Positions 1-9,264 of a stretch of 20,000 bases of DNA are shown one piece after another. The notes under the pieces are model-generated. The model had not been told where the DNA came from and made no database searches. It saw only the letters and a program-made list of their open reading frames with translations. How positions within the stretch are numbered: position 1 is the stretch's first letter; each line of letters opens with the position of its first letter. The DNA lies in NCBI RefSeq assembly GCF_004010195.1, contig NC_057750.1, forward strand, positions 7,947,384 through 7,967,383, read 5' to 3'. The position numbers were made by a program, and so were the translations under genes. Source of the stretch: Chiloscyllium plagiosum. Lineage: Eukaryota.

Positions 1-210
1 ACCAGTCAACCATCGGGTGAAATTTCTAACCTGTCGTTAACAAGGGACAGGAATTCTATTGATCTGGCACATTAATACAATCTCAAGCCAGAATATTCTA
101 AAACTCTTTGCAGCCAGGAAACTGTTTCTGAAATGCAGTGACTGCTTTGTTGGCAAACATGAGAGCCAACTTGTGAAGTCACACCAACAACAAATACATG
201 ACCAACCAAT

Positions 211-320
211 CTGATGAGAGGTCACCGAGCTGACACATTAACTCTGTTTTCTCTCCACAGATGCTACCCGACCTTTGGCATTTTTCCAGCTCTTTTCTGT
301 TCTTCATTTCACAGTATCTC
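211..320 (+). mobile_element. Decayed short PLE-derived element (family B, single arm) with degenerate hammerhead core
   Basis: CTGATGA at 211 is followed by GAGGTCACCGAGCTGACACATTAACTCTGTTTTCTCTCCACAGATGCT, which matches the reverse complement of 16345-16425. GAAA is mutated to GACA. Confidence 0.6.
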
Positions 321-427
321 ACTTTGGTCTTTTCGTGAATGGCCCGTTGATCGGGGATTTCACCCCTGATATTTTGACACAAGCTAGTTGCAAGCCCTGG
401 TCTGTTTTTGATAGTGCCAAGGGAGTT

Positions 428-602
428 TTAGATTAGATTAGATTCCCTACAGTATGGAAACAGGCCCTTCAGCCCAATAAGTCCATACCGATCCTCCGAA
501 GAGTAACCCACCCAGACCCAGTCCCCTACCCTATATTTACCCCTGACTAATGCACCTAACACTATGGGCAATTTAGCACGGCTAATTCACCTGACTTGCA
601 CA
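428..602 (-). mobile_element. HE1-type (V-SINE) SINE, 3' half
   Basis: (TTAGA)3 tail and TTCCCTACAGTATGGAAACAGGCCCTTC; reverse complement of the 3' half of 1865-2187. Confidence 0.9.
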
Positions 603-699
603 GGTTTCGCCTGTCACTCAGGGAATGATAGCTCCTGACTCCCTTTCACATCTAAACCTTTTGGACTAAGCCAAACCAAGGCAGTTCAGACGCAATAGG

Positions 700-766
700 C
701 TAGCCCGTTCAAAGAGCCAGTGGAGGCATGGGCCAAATGGCCTCATTCTGTGCTGTATCAGTCTAC
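700..766 (+). mobile_element. Small decayed CR1-type 3' tail fragment
   Basis: ATGGGCCAAATGGCCTCATTCTGTGCTGTA resembles the CR1 terminal motif seen in other copies. Confidence 0.4.
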
Positions 767-867
767 AAGTGGCATTAACGTTGCCTCAGTCATAGAGTGA
801 AGATGCAGGAAAGGGGAAAAAGATCAGTTGAGCCTCATTTCTGATCTTTGATCTATAACCGGTTCAC

Positions 868-1525
868 CATAGAGTCATAGAGACGTACACCACAGAAACA
901 GACCCTTCAGTACATGCCGACCAGATATTCTAAATTAATTTAGCCCCATTTGCCTGCATTTGACCCATATCCCTCTAAATCCTTCCTATTTATATACCCA
1001 TTCAGATGCCTTTTAAATGCTGTCAATGTATCAGCCTCCACCACTTCCTTTGGCAGCTCATTCCATACACGCACCACCCTCTGTTTGAAAAAATTGCCCC
1101 TTAGGCCCCTTTTATGACATTCCCCTCTCACCTTAAACCTCTGCCCTTTAGTTCTGGATTTCCCTACCCTGGGGTAAAGATCTTGGCTGTTCACCTTATC
1201 CATGCCCCCACCCCATGATTTTATAAACCTGTATAAGGTTCGACAACCTCTGACGCTCCAGGGAAAACAGCCCCAGCATATTCAGCCTCTCCCTATAGCT
1301 CAAACCTTCCAACCCCGACAACAACATTGTAAATCCTTGCTGAACACTTTCAAGTTTCACAACATCCTTCCTATCATTCTGTGAGACAGGATTGAATGAG
1401 GCATTCCAAAAGTGGCTGAACCAATGTCCTGTGCAACCGCAATATGACCTCCCAATTCCTATACTCAATGCACTGGCCAATAAAGGGAAGTGTACCAAGT
1501 GCCTTCTTCACTACCCTGTCTACAT
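868..1525 (-). mobile_element. 5'-truncated CR1 LINE (HER1-like), ORF2 C-terminus and 3' UTR, frameshifted
   Basis: Minus-strand peptides RKDVVKLESVQ..LSYRERLNMLGLFSLE and RGNFFKQRVVRVWNELP..FKRHLNGY are typical of the CR1 ORF2 end. CTCTATGA tail near 868-885. Colinear with 4821-5482. Confidence 0.93.
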
Positions 1526-1864
1526 GTGTGCTGGAGCATATAAAAAGAAACCCGAATTGAAACTGACAAGTTTAAGTTTGGAGGTACATGATTCTGTAAA
1601 TCAATGTAAGATTAATTGGTTTCCGCACTACCCTTCTTGATTAAAGTACCTGACATAAATAGATTGGTCTTGTGAACATTGAACTTGAGCGTGAAACCCG
1701 TTACAGAGAAATGACTTGTGGTCACATACTGTGGTTCAGTCTCTTTGTGGCTCTGATGTTGGCTCCACTAGCCGTGAAATCTGTCACTTGATCCTGGACA
1801 TGGTAAAATATCATTTCCGACGAGAACAGGGATGTTCAGACAGACACAGAGAGAGACAAAATAA

Positions 1865-2187
1865 GGGTGGCACGATGGCTCAGTGGTTAGCACTGCTGCC
1901 TCACAACACCAGGGTCCCAGGTTCGATTCCAGCCTCGGGCGACTGTCTGTGTGGAGTTTGCAAATTATCCCCCGAGTCTGCGTGGGTTTCCTCTGGGGGC
2001 TCTGGTTTCCTCCCACAGTCCAAAGATATGCAGATTAGGTGAATTAGCCATGCTAAATTGCCCATAGCTTTAGTCAGGGGTAAATGTAGGGAATTGGTCT
2101 GGGTGGGTTACTCTTTGGAGGGTCGGTGTGGACTTGTTGGGCCGAAGGGCCTGTTTCCACACTGTAGGGAATCTAAACTAATCTAAT
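1865..2187 (+). mobile_element. Full-length HE1-type tRNA-derived SINE
   Basis: A box TGGCTCAGTGG, B box GGTTCGATTCC, core GTGTGGAGTTTGCA..GCGTGGGTTTCC, tail GGGCCGAAGGGCCTGTTTCC followed by (AATCT)n. Confidence 0.93.
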
Positions 2188-2339
2188 AGCTCAGAGTAAG
2201 AGCCTGTGTCCATATGCATCACTTCGTCCTGTCAACCATGGCTGTGTAGGCAGCACTGTCACCTCTAGCTGAGAACTTTGTGATCTCCTAGCCACTAGAA
2301 TGGGAGTAACTGTACTTGGAGCTGCTACAGTTCAATCCC

Positions 2340-2910
2340 CTATGAGTCACAAAGTTCTGAGTTCAAATCCCACTCCAGGATTCGAAATTCAAGGTCAACA
2401 TTCTGGAGCGGTAGGAGGTCTGTAGAATGCTGGGGAAAATCTCGTGGCTATGAAATGTGCAAACCTTTCTTGCCCCATTCCAGAGCACATCATCCAATGA
2501 ACTATCCAGGAATCAGAGAATCCCCGCTGTGTGGAAGTGGGCCATTCGGCCTATCGAGTCTACATCAATCCTCCCTACCCTATCCCTGTAAATCTGCATT
2601 TCCCAATCCACCCAATTCAGAGATGCTCTTGAAATGTTATTGGGAATCTCTGTCTGCCTATTCAGGTGGTTGGCAAGGATCCCACGGGGTGTTATTTCAG
2701 ATAATATGGGGTGAGATTTTCAAATATTTAACCCTCAAACAATATCACAAAATAAACCAGATTATCTTGCTGTTTACCGCATTGGTGTTTGACAGAGCTT
2801 GCTGCGTACAAATCGGTCGCTGCAATGACAACATTTCAAAAATACTCCATCGGTTGTGGAATACTTGGGAATACAAAAGGCACTACATAAATGCAAATCT
2901 TTATTTTGTT
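2340..2910 (+). mobile_element. Old DeuSINE (SacSINE1/AmnSINE1-like), interrupted
   Basis: Head GAGTTCAAATCCCACTCCAG (B box). Deu-like core GTCTGCCTATTCAGGTGG..GATCCCA..AGCTTGCTGCGTACAAAT. End AGGCACTACATAAATGCAAATCTTT. Similar to 3715-4000. Confidence 0.65.
2514..2615 (-). mobile_element. Decayed HE1-like 3' fragment nested in the DeuSINE
   Basis: GTGTGGAAGTGGGCCATTCGGCC..CCCTACCCTATCCCTGTAA matches the reverse complement of the HE1 tail. Confidence 0.5.
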
Positions 2911-3266
2911 TTGGTCTCATAAACCTCTTCACTGGGACCACACCTTGTTGCAGGGTTAGGTGTGGGTTTGGAAATATTACAATGTGGCAGTCCTCATTTA
3001 CTGCGATTTATCCCACCCCCAGATGTAGCCTCGTAGCCCAGAAACACAAGTCCAACTCTGTACATGGCTCATTTCCTCTAAAGAAAAGGGCTCTTCTGTC
3101 CAGCAGTAATTTCAGTACAACAGACACTGCTGTCTCAAAATAAATCCTGAGCTAATGTTCCTTTCCCCTGCCTCAATTTTGTTCTTGTTTTTCTCATTCC
3201 TGACATTTTTGGCTCATTATCATCACCAGAGAACCATTCACTGCTGCAGTGTGTCACTGCAGCAAA

Positions 3267-3612
3267 GAGGAGGTGATGGCTGAGCGCTATTATTGCTAGA
3301 CTGTTAATCCAGAGACCCAGGTACTGTCCTGGGGACCTGGGTTCAAATCCCACCAGGGCAGATGGTGGAATTTGAATTCAATAAAAATCTGGAATTAAGA
3401 ATCTAATGATGACCAGGAAAAACCCATCTGGTTCACTGTTCCCCTGTAGGGAAGGAAATTGTCATCCTTACCTGGTCTGGCCTTTGTGTGACTGCAGACG
3501 CACAGCAATGGGGTTGACTTACAGCTGTCCTCTGGGCAATTAGAGATGAGCAATAAATGTGGCCCAGCCAGCGATGCCCTCATCCCCTGTGAATAAATAA
3601 AGAGGGGAAAAA
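3267..3612 (+). mobile_element. tRNA-derived SINE (second family) with LINE-derived 3' tail
   Basis: A-box-like TGGCTGAGCGCT, B box GGTTCAAATCC. Tail GGGCAATTAGAGATGAGCAATAAATG..GCCAGCGATGCCC is shared with the LINE ends at 9265-9340 and 15640-15710. A-rich end. Confidence 0.8.
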
Positions 3613-3714
3613 AGCTCTGAGAAAGCAGATTGAAGTCTGTTTGTGTTTCTACGATGCTTCAGCCAGTCATGGTCTTATCTTTCAGCTGAAAGATTAAGAG
3701 TACAGACATTCCCC

Positions 3715-4000
3715 AGCTCAAGGCAAATGTTCCAGTGCTGTAGAGAGGGAGCACTGCACCCATTCCCAGTTAAACCTCGCTTCCGTCTGTCCTCTCAGGT
3801 GAATGTTGAGGATCCCAAAGCAGTGTTTGAGGAAGAGCAAGTTCTTCCTGACCGCCCCCCGGCCAACGTCCATCCCAGAAGAGAAGGAAATCTTTCACCT
3901 CCTTTCCGCGCACAATATCCAACTTGCTTAACACTTCTAAGCAGTTCATTGGATGGGACGCTTCTGAGAGTTGTGATTAGGTGCTATATATGAATGCACA
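3715..4000 (+). mobile_element. Old DeuSINE fragment
   Basis: GAGGGAGCACTGCAC..GTTAAACC..CCGTCTGTCCTCTCAGGTGAATGTTGAGGATCCCA..GAAGAGCA, with end GGTGCTATATATGAATGCA. Confidence 0.65.
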
Positions 4001-4269
4001 TATTACTCTTGATACATTTTATTTTCATGCTATTTGACCTGGGGAGGCAGCCCCACAACCCGATCTCACCCGAAGCCCATCCGAAAAGTGATTTATATCT
4101 GGTTTGCTGAGTGCTGAGCAAATCCTGGCTGTTTTTCCACTCCTCCATGGGACTGGCATGCTGGGGGAAGCCATCTCACCCTCTTTGCCCGTCTAATGTG
4201 GATGAGGTCACTTGGCACAGAGTCTCAGATTGAAGCCCTAACTCTAGTGTGGCACTCTCACAGAATTCG

Positions 4270-4820
4270 ACTGAGATGCTTCTTGTATGCCCGGTCAGTC
4301 TGCGTCCCCCCGCACGCTGCCCTCGAAGGGGGTAGAGACTGTCACACACCTCCTGCCGGAATGTGCCTTTACAAAGGAAGCCTGGAGGAAGGCGCAGTGG
4401 GTTTGGGGTGAGGTTTCTCCCAAGCCGCTCTGTGACGCGGGACTCCGTGCTCCACAGGCTGTTCCCCCGGGACACGCACCGAGACAAACACCGACTGCGC
4501 CTGGAGGACCAGCGACTCGGTGAAAGACTCTCTTTGCTCTGCCCAAACCTAGCTGGTCCTCGGTGTAAAGTGTTGACTCTGACCGAGTGTTGCAGACTGG
4601 CACATTCCAAGGTCCAGGACTAGGTGCTGAGGGACGCACTGAAGCCTGGGGCAGCTGCCGCCAAGGGGCAGTGGGGAAAGACCACCGTCTGAGGTCTTCC
4701 TGCTAAAGGTAAATGGGGGTCCGTTCAGTTATGGGACCCTCCCAGTGTCTGAAATGCATGTTAATATAGTCTGGTTCAAGTAAGAGATGCCTTTGGTTTG
4801 GTTGTTGGATAGAGTCAAAC
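4270..4820 (+). mobile_element. Tx1-like (L1 group) LINE 3' end, pseudogenised ORF2 C-terminus and 3' UTR
   Basis: Across frameshifts: GVETVTHLLPECAFTKEAW (zinc-knuckle region), RFLPSRSVTRDSVL, TECCRLAHSKVQD*VLRDALKPGAAAAKGQWGKTTV* with the final stop at 4690-4692. Confidence 0.8.
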
Positions 4821-5482
4821 AGATAGGATAGTGAAGAACGCGTTTGGTATGCTTTTCTTTATTGGTCAGAGTATTGAGTACAGGAGTTGGGAGGTCATGT
4901 TGCAGCTGTAAAGGACATTGATTAGGCTACTGTTGGAATATTGTATGCAATTCTGGTCTCCTTCCTATCGGAAAGATGTTGTGAAACTTGAAAGAGTTCA
5001 GAAAAGATTTACAAGGATGTTGCCAGGGTTGGAGGAATTGAGCTATAGGGAGAGGCTGAACAGGCTGGGGCTGTTTTCTCTGGACTGTCGGAGGCTGAGG
5101 GGTGACCTTATCGAGGTTTATAAAATCATGAGGGGTATGGATAGGATAAATAGACAAAGTCTTTTCCCTGGGGTCAGGGAGTCCTGAAATTGAGCGCATA
5201 GATTTAGGGTGAGAGGGGAAAAATATAAAAGAGACCTACGGGGCAACTTTTTCATGCAGAGGGTGGTACATGTATGGAATGAGCTGCCAGAGGAAGAGGT
5301 GGAGGCTGGTACAATGACAACATTTAAAGGGCATCTGGATGGGTATGTGAATAGGAAGGATTTGGAGGGATATGGGCCAAGTGCTGGCAGGTGGGACTAG
5401 ATTGGGTTGAGATATCTGGTCGGCATGGAGGGGTTGGATCGAAGAATCTGTCTCTGTGATGTACATCTCTCTGACTCTATGA
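4821..5482 (+). mobile_element. 5'-truncated CR1 LINE (HER1-like)
   Basis: LEYCMQFWSPSYRKDVVKLERVQKRFTRMLPGL..LGLFSL..RRLRGDLIEVYKIM and LRGNFFMQRVVHVWNELP. Premature stop at 5185-5187. Tail CTCTCTGACTCTATGA. Confidence 0.95.
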
Positions 5483-5508
5483 CCAGTGTTTGTTTGTTTC
5501 TTCATATG

Positions 5509-5650
5509 CTCCTGTACTCAATACTCTGACCAATAAAGGAAAGCATACCAAACGCCTTCTTCACTATCCTATCTGTTTGACTCTCTCCAACAAACAAACC
5601 AAAGGCATCTTTTACTCGAACCAGACTATATTAACATGAATTTCAGACAC
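5509..5650 (-). repeat. Inverted duplicate of 4745-4886 (spans the Tx1/CR1 junction)
   Basis: The reverse complement aligns ungapped over 142 bp with 7 mismatches by manual alignment. Confidence 0.95.
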
Positions 5651-5754
5651 CAGACGGGAGCAACATTTATTACCCATCCCCAATTACCCTGGAGGCAGTA
5701 ATGCTGAGAGACCTTCTCAAACTTGGTGATCCCTATGATGTCAGGATAACCCCA

Positions 5755-5977
5755 GTAAAAACAAGGACTGCAGATGCTGGAAACCAGAGTTTAGATCAGA
5801 GTGGTGCTGGAAAAGCACAACAGGTCAGGCAGCATCCGAAGAGCAGGTAAATCGATGTTTCGGGCAAAAGCCCTTCAGATTCCTGATGAAGGGCTTTTGC
5901 CCGAAACATCGATTTACCTGCTCTTCGGATGCTGCCTGACCTGCTGTGCTTTATCAGCACCACTCTAATCTAGCCCC
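5755..5977. mobile_element. Palindromic PLE-derived short element (family A) with perfect 16-bp TSD
   Basis: Arms 5792-5877 and 5887-5972 (86 bp, 4 mismatches, 9-nt spacer). TSD TGTCAGGATAACCCCA at 5739-5754 and 5978-5993. Confidence 0.9.
5883..5913 (+). ncRNA. Minimal (PLE-type) hammerhead ribozyme core
   Basis: CTGATGA-A-GGGC(TTTT)GCCC-GAAA-C-ATC: conserved core boxes flank a 4-bp stem II. The helix-III palindrome ACGT seen in sister copy 15560-15586 is ACAT here. Activity untested. Confidence 0.65.
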
Positions 5978-6144
5978 TGTCAGGATAACCCCACCCAGCT
6001 CTGTTGGGAATCCTACCGGGATTTTGACCCAGCGGCACTGAAGGAATGCCCAACATAGTTCCCAATCAAGATGGTGTGTGGTTTGGAACTCACAAGGGGT
6101 GGTGTGCCCATTCACCTGCTGCCCTTGTCTTTCTGGAGGATCAT

Positions 6145-6312
6145 TGCATGTACTGTCAGAGAGGGTGCTGGAGGTAGGTCCTCGCACAACATTTCATAAC
6201 ATCTGGATGAGCACTTAAAATGCACAGGGCATAGTATGCTGTACACCAAGTACAAGTAAATGGGATGAGTGTAGTTTGGTGTTTGTTGGTCAGCGGAGAT
6301 ATGGTAGGCCAA
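6145..6312 (+). mobile_element. Decayed CR1 3' fragment; tail resumes at 6926-6960 after an RTE insertion
   Basis: AGAGAGGGTGCTGGAGGTAGG..ACAACATTT..CATCTGGATGAGCAC is colinear with 5290-5345. GGCCAA lies on both sides of the RTE. Confidence 0.6.
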
Positions 6313-6925
6313 GGTCTGTCTACAGCAGGGACCTCAAAACACTGGAGCAATCCCAAAAGCACTGCCCGCACAAGACTCTGTGAATCTGCTGGGAAGACAG
6401 ACACACCCACACCAACCTCCATTACCAGGGCAATATCCCCAGCATCGAGGCACTGACCCCCCACTCCCACTCCACGATTGGCTGCAATGGGCTGAGCACG
6501 TTGTCCCCATGACCGACACGAGACTCCCCAAGTGGGTGCTCTATTCCCAGCTCCCAAACGGCAGGCCAGCCCCAGGTGGGACATGGGAGCATCTCAGGGA
6601 TACCCTCAAGGCCTCACTGGGCCGAGTGCGGCCTTCCCACAGACACCTGGGAATCACTGGGCCGAGACCGTGCACAGTGGAGGAGGGGCATCCGGGAAGG
6701 CGTGGAGCATTTGGAGACTCGCCGTCGGGAAGAAGCGGAAGCCGGGCGAAAGGAGCACGCTGCCTCACCAACGCCCCACCCACCCCCTTCCTGTGACCAC
6801 CTCCTGCCCCCAGTGTAACAGAGCCTGCAGTAGGCCCATCAGTCTGTACAGCCTACAGACTCACCCTGAGAGTGGGAGAGAATCATTCTCGATTGTGAGA
6901 GACCCCCGCCGATGATGGTGATAAT
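6313..6925 (+). mobile_element. RTE-clade LINE 3' end (pseudogenised RT C-terminus)
   Basis: YSRDLKTLEQ..WEDRHT..NIPSIEALT, LQWAEHVVPMTDTRLPKWVLYSQL..LRDTLKASL, TWESLGRDRAQWRRGIREG, CPQCNRAC. (GAT)n-like tail at 6911-6925. Confidence 0.88.
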
Positions 6926-6962
6926 GGGCCAAAGAGCATGTTCCTTTGTGGTGTGACTCTGT

Positions 6963-7088
6963 TGTCTTACCAGGCCGGAGGGCTGCTCTCTCATTAGGGA
7001 GAGATGACGTGGTGATTTAACCTGAGGATCACCATACCTCAGACAAGGGGAGAGGTTGGGAAGGAGAGTCCTTCATAGTAACTTCCAG
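6963..7088 (-). mobile_element. Probable SINE body fragment
   Basis: TTTAACCTGAGGATCACCATACCTCAGACAAGGGGAGAGGTTG resembles a recurrent shark repeat; recognition only. Confidence 0.4.
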
Positions 7089-7200
7089 TGGGGTAGAAGT
7101 CATGGGTTTGGAAGGTGTTGTCAAAGCAGCCTTAGAGATTTAATGCAGGGAATCATAACGCTACTACTGAGCAGCAGTGTTGGAGGGAGGGAATGTTTAA
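7089..7200 (-). mobile_element. Continuation of the CR1/L2-group LINE from 5660-6140
   Basis: GGGTTTGGAAGG follows CCCTTGTCCTTCTA in the 9265-9600 copy, the motif at which 5660-6140 breaks off. Confidence 0.5.
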
Positions 7201-7949
7201 CCTAAAAACAATGGACTCAGTTATGCTTTTCTCCAAAAGTGGAAGCATTGCTCTCTCTACAACAATGTTAAATATTCACGCAATCTTAATATGACTGGTG
7301 TTCTGTCTAACATTTAGTCTGGAGGGATTTAAAACAACATGAAGCAGAGTCTGGGGCCAAGGTAAATGCACTGCCTCACAGACTGCCTGAAGAGGTATTA
7401 GGCCTTAAACCGACAGTACAGCTATGCACTTTTCCTTCCAGGTATTTTAGCTCTGACTTCAACAAACACCATGAATGAATCATTCATGATATGAGCATCA
7501 TTCAAGGCTATCTCGTGCTCTACGTCACCGATGCCTCATTGGAGGGTATTTTGGGTTGTGTCAATGAGCTATTAATGAGAATGAATGTGATGCAGACAGC
7601 GATTGTGTGACTGGAATTACATTTTAATGGCCTCGCGTTTACAATTGTCATTTTACTGAGAGAGTACAGTCTAGTAACATAATTCTCCAGCTAGCGGTGT
7701 CTGTCTTTTATGGAATGCCGTTTCATTTCTGAACAATTTTCATCTGAATCCTGTCTGTCTCTGACACGCGTACCATCAAAATTAGATTCAATTCACCTTC
7801 GAAAATTCATTGTTCTTTGTCTCGGTGAGGTCGGGTTGCTCTGTCTTGGAGTGCTAACTCACGCATAGCGTTAAACTTCCAATCCTCGTTCACTTACTGG
7901 CTATGAGACGGGGAGGGCAAAGGGGCATTGTTTATGAGCTTGCTATTGG

Positions 7950-8040
7950 GAGGAATAAAATCCAAAGCAAAATCACTCAAAACAGATATCAAGGTGTTAT
8001 CATGTAGCTCTTTGTGAGAGCTTACTGTGCACACATTGGC
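7950..8040 (+). mobile_element. DeuSINE core fragment
   Basis: ATCACTCAAAACAGAT..TTATCAT..TTTGTGAGAGCTTACTGTGCACACATTGGC is similar to 2740-2820. Confidence 0.45.
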
Positions 8041-8330
8041 CATTCAACCCATCGCGTCCACACTGATCCTGTGAGAAGCATCCAACCCAGACCCACCCCA
8101 TCCCTATAACCATGCATTCCCCATGGCTAATCTATCTAGCCTGCACTTCCCTGGACACAACAGGGCAATTTCCCATGACCAGTCCACCCTGACCTGCACA
8201 TCTTTGGACTGTGGGAGGAAACCCACACAGAATGTGCAAACTCCACACAGACAGTCACCTGAGGCTGAAATCAAACCCAGGTCCCTGGCGTATTAGGCAG
8301 CAGTGCTAACCACTGAGCCACCATGTCGCA
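8038..8330 (-). mobile_element. HE1-type SINE
   Basis: CTGCACATCTTTGGACTGTGGGAGGAAAC..GAGGCTGAAATCAAACC..GGCAGCAGTGCTAACCACTGAGCCACC. Confidence 0.9.
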
Positions 8331-9264
8331 CTGTTAGCTTTTACTAATAAACAAGAAAACCCTAAGTAGGGACTTTCCCATCAGTCTTACAAGCTATAGC
8401 CAGGCATTGTTCTCAACTTACTATCAAAGATTATTAATTCTGGTCAAAGTCCCAACACTGATATATTTCATGCTCAACTGTATAAGCGATGCCTCATCAG
8501 AGATTTGGCAAAATTATTGTTGGTTTAACACAACATATGCAACAGAGCAATTAAGATCTTACCAATTTCATTCAAAATTCTTCTGCAGTTGTGTAATCTG
8601 TAAATAAATGTAATTACTGGATTTAACCTGAATACAATGGCTGCCTTTCCAATGGATGCAGGAATGGGAAAGGCAGTCCCATGCAATGCCCAGTGGCATG
8701 GGAAGAAAATAATTCTAAGTGCCATGGCACGCTATCTCATGCACCTCATTGAAGTTGAAAGCTTTGATTCAAAAGGTACAAACATGTTCTAAAAGGAACT
8801 GCCTTCTTGTTGGATCAATGACTGAAGTGAATTGGCAGAAAGCCCAAAACGTAATACAAGTGGCCACCCAAAACCCAGAGCACTCCCTACACTTCATTCA
8901 AAGAATGGCTGGTGACTAAGCAACAGTAAATAAAGTCTGTGTTTCTGTTCGGGCAAAAGTGGGAGAGGAATGACATTTATCTCCACGTGATATCTGACCT
9001 TGCCTTTGTTGTAGTGGGCAGCTTATTTAAAGTCAATGAGAGTGATTCACAGATCAGGAATGCCTGATTCACAGTTTACCTCCTGCGGATGTGGGGCAGG
9101 TCAAATACATAAATACAAATACCTCCTTAAAAGGGTCAACCTCTATTGTAATGGACTAGGTGTACAGCATCTATTTGAATGTCAGAGAGCTGGGCAGGTT
9201 TGTGGAAGAATAGAGAGGGTGGAGTCATTGTAATCATATAAGGCCTTAAGTTATTCTGAACTTC

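Larger units (their letters stand above)
5660..6140 (-). mobile_element. Old CR1/L2-group LINE 3' region, interrupted at 5755-5977
   Basis: ATTTTGACCCAGCGGCACTGAAGGAA..CCAATCAAGATGGTG..CTGCTGCCCTTGTC matches 9420-9540. Confidence 0.75.

Noticed and set aside
1865..1940. tRNA gene (also 11331, 17236, 17642, 3267)
   Set aside because: A and B boxes are SINE heads followed by SINE body or tail; no complete cloverleaf evident.
2455..2922. 155-aa ORF
   Set aside because: Spans HE1 and DeuSINE debris; no protein-like signal.
4176..4639. Cluster of overlapping ORFs on both strands
   Set aside because: GC-rich frameshifted Tx1 remnant; the motifs are split across three frames with a premature stop at 4621.
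5883..5913. Claim of an active ribozyme at this locus
   Set aside because: The helix III palindrome is mutated, stem I pairing is weak and the long hairpin would compete. Only motif presence is supported.
5755..5977. MITE or DNA transposon interpretation of the palindromes
   Set aside because: The inverted repeat does not reach both termini, TSDs vary in length and sequence (10-16 bp), single-arm copies also have TSDs, and the centre is a hammerhead motif.
7428..7450. Splice acceptor TTTTCCTTCCAG
   Set aside because: No long open frame or clear paired donor follows; insufficient alone.
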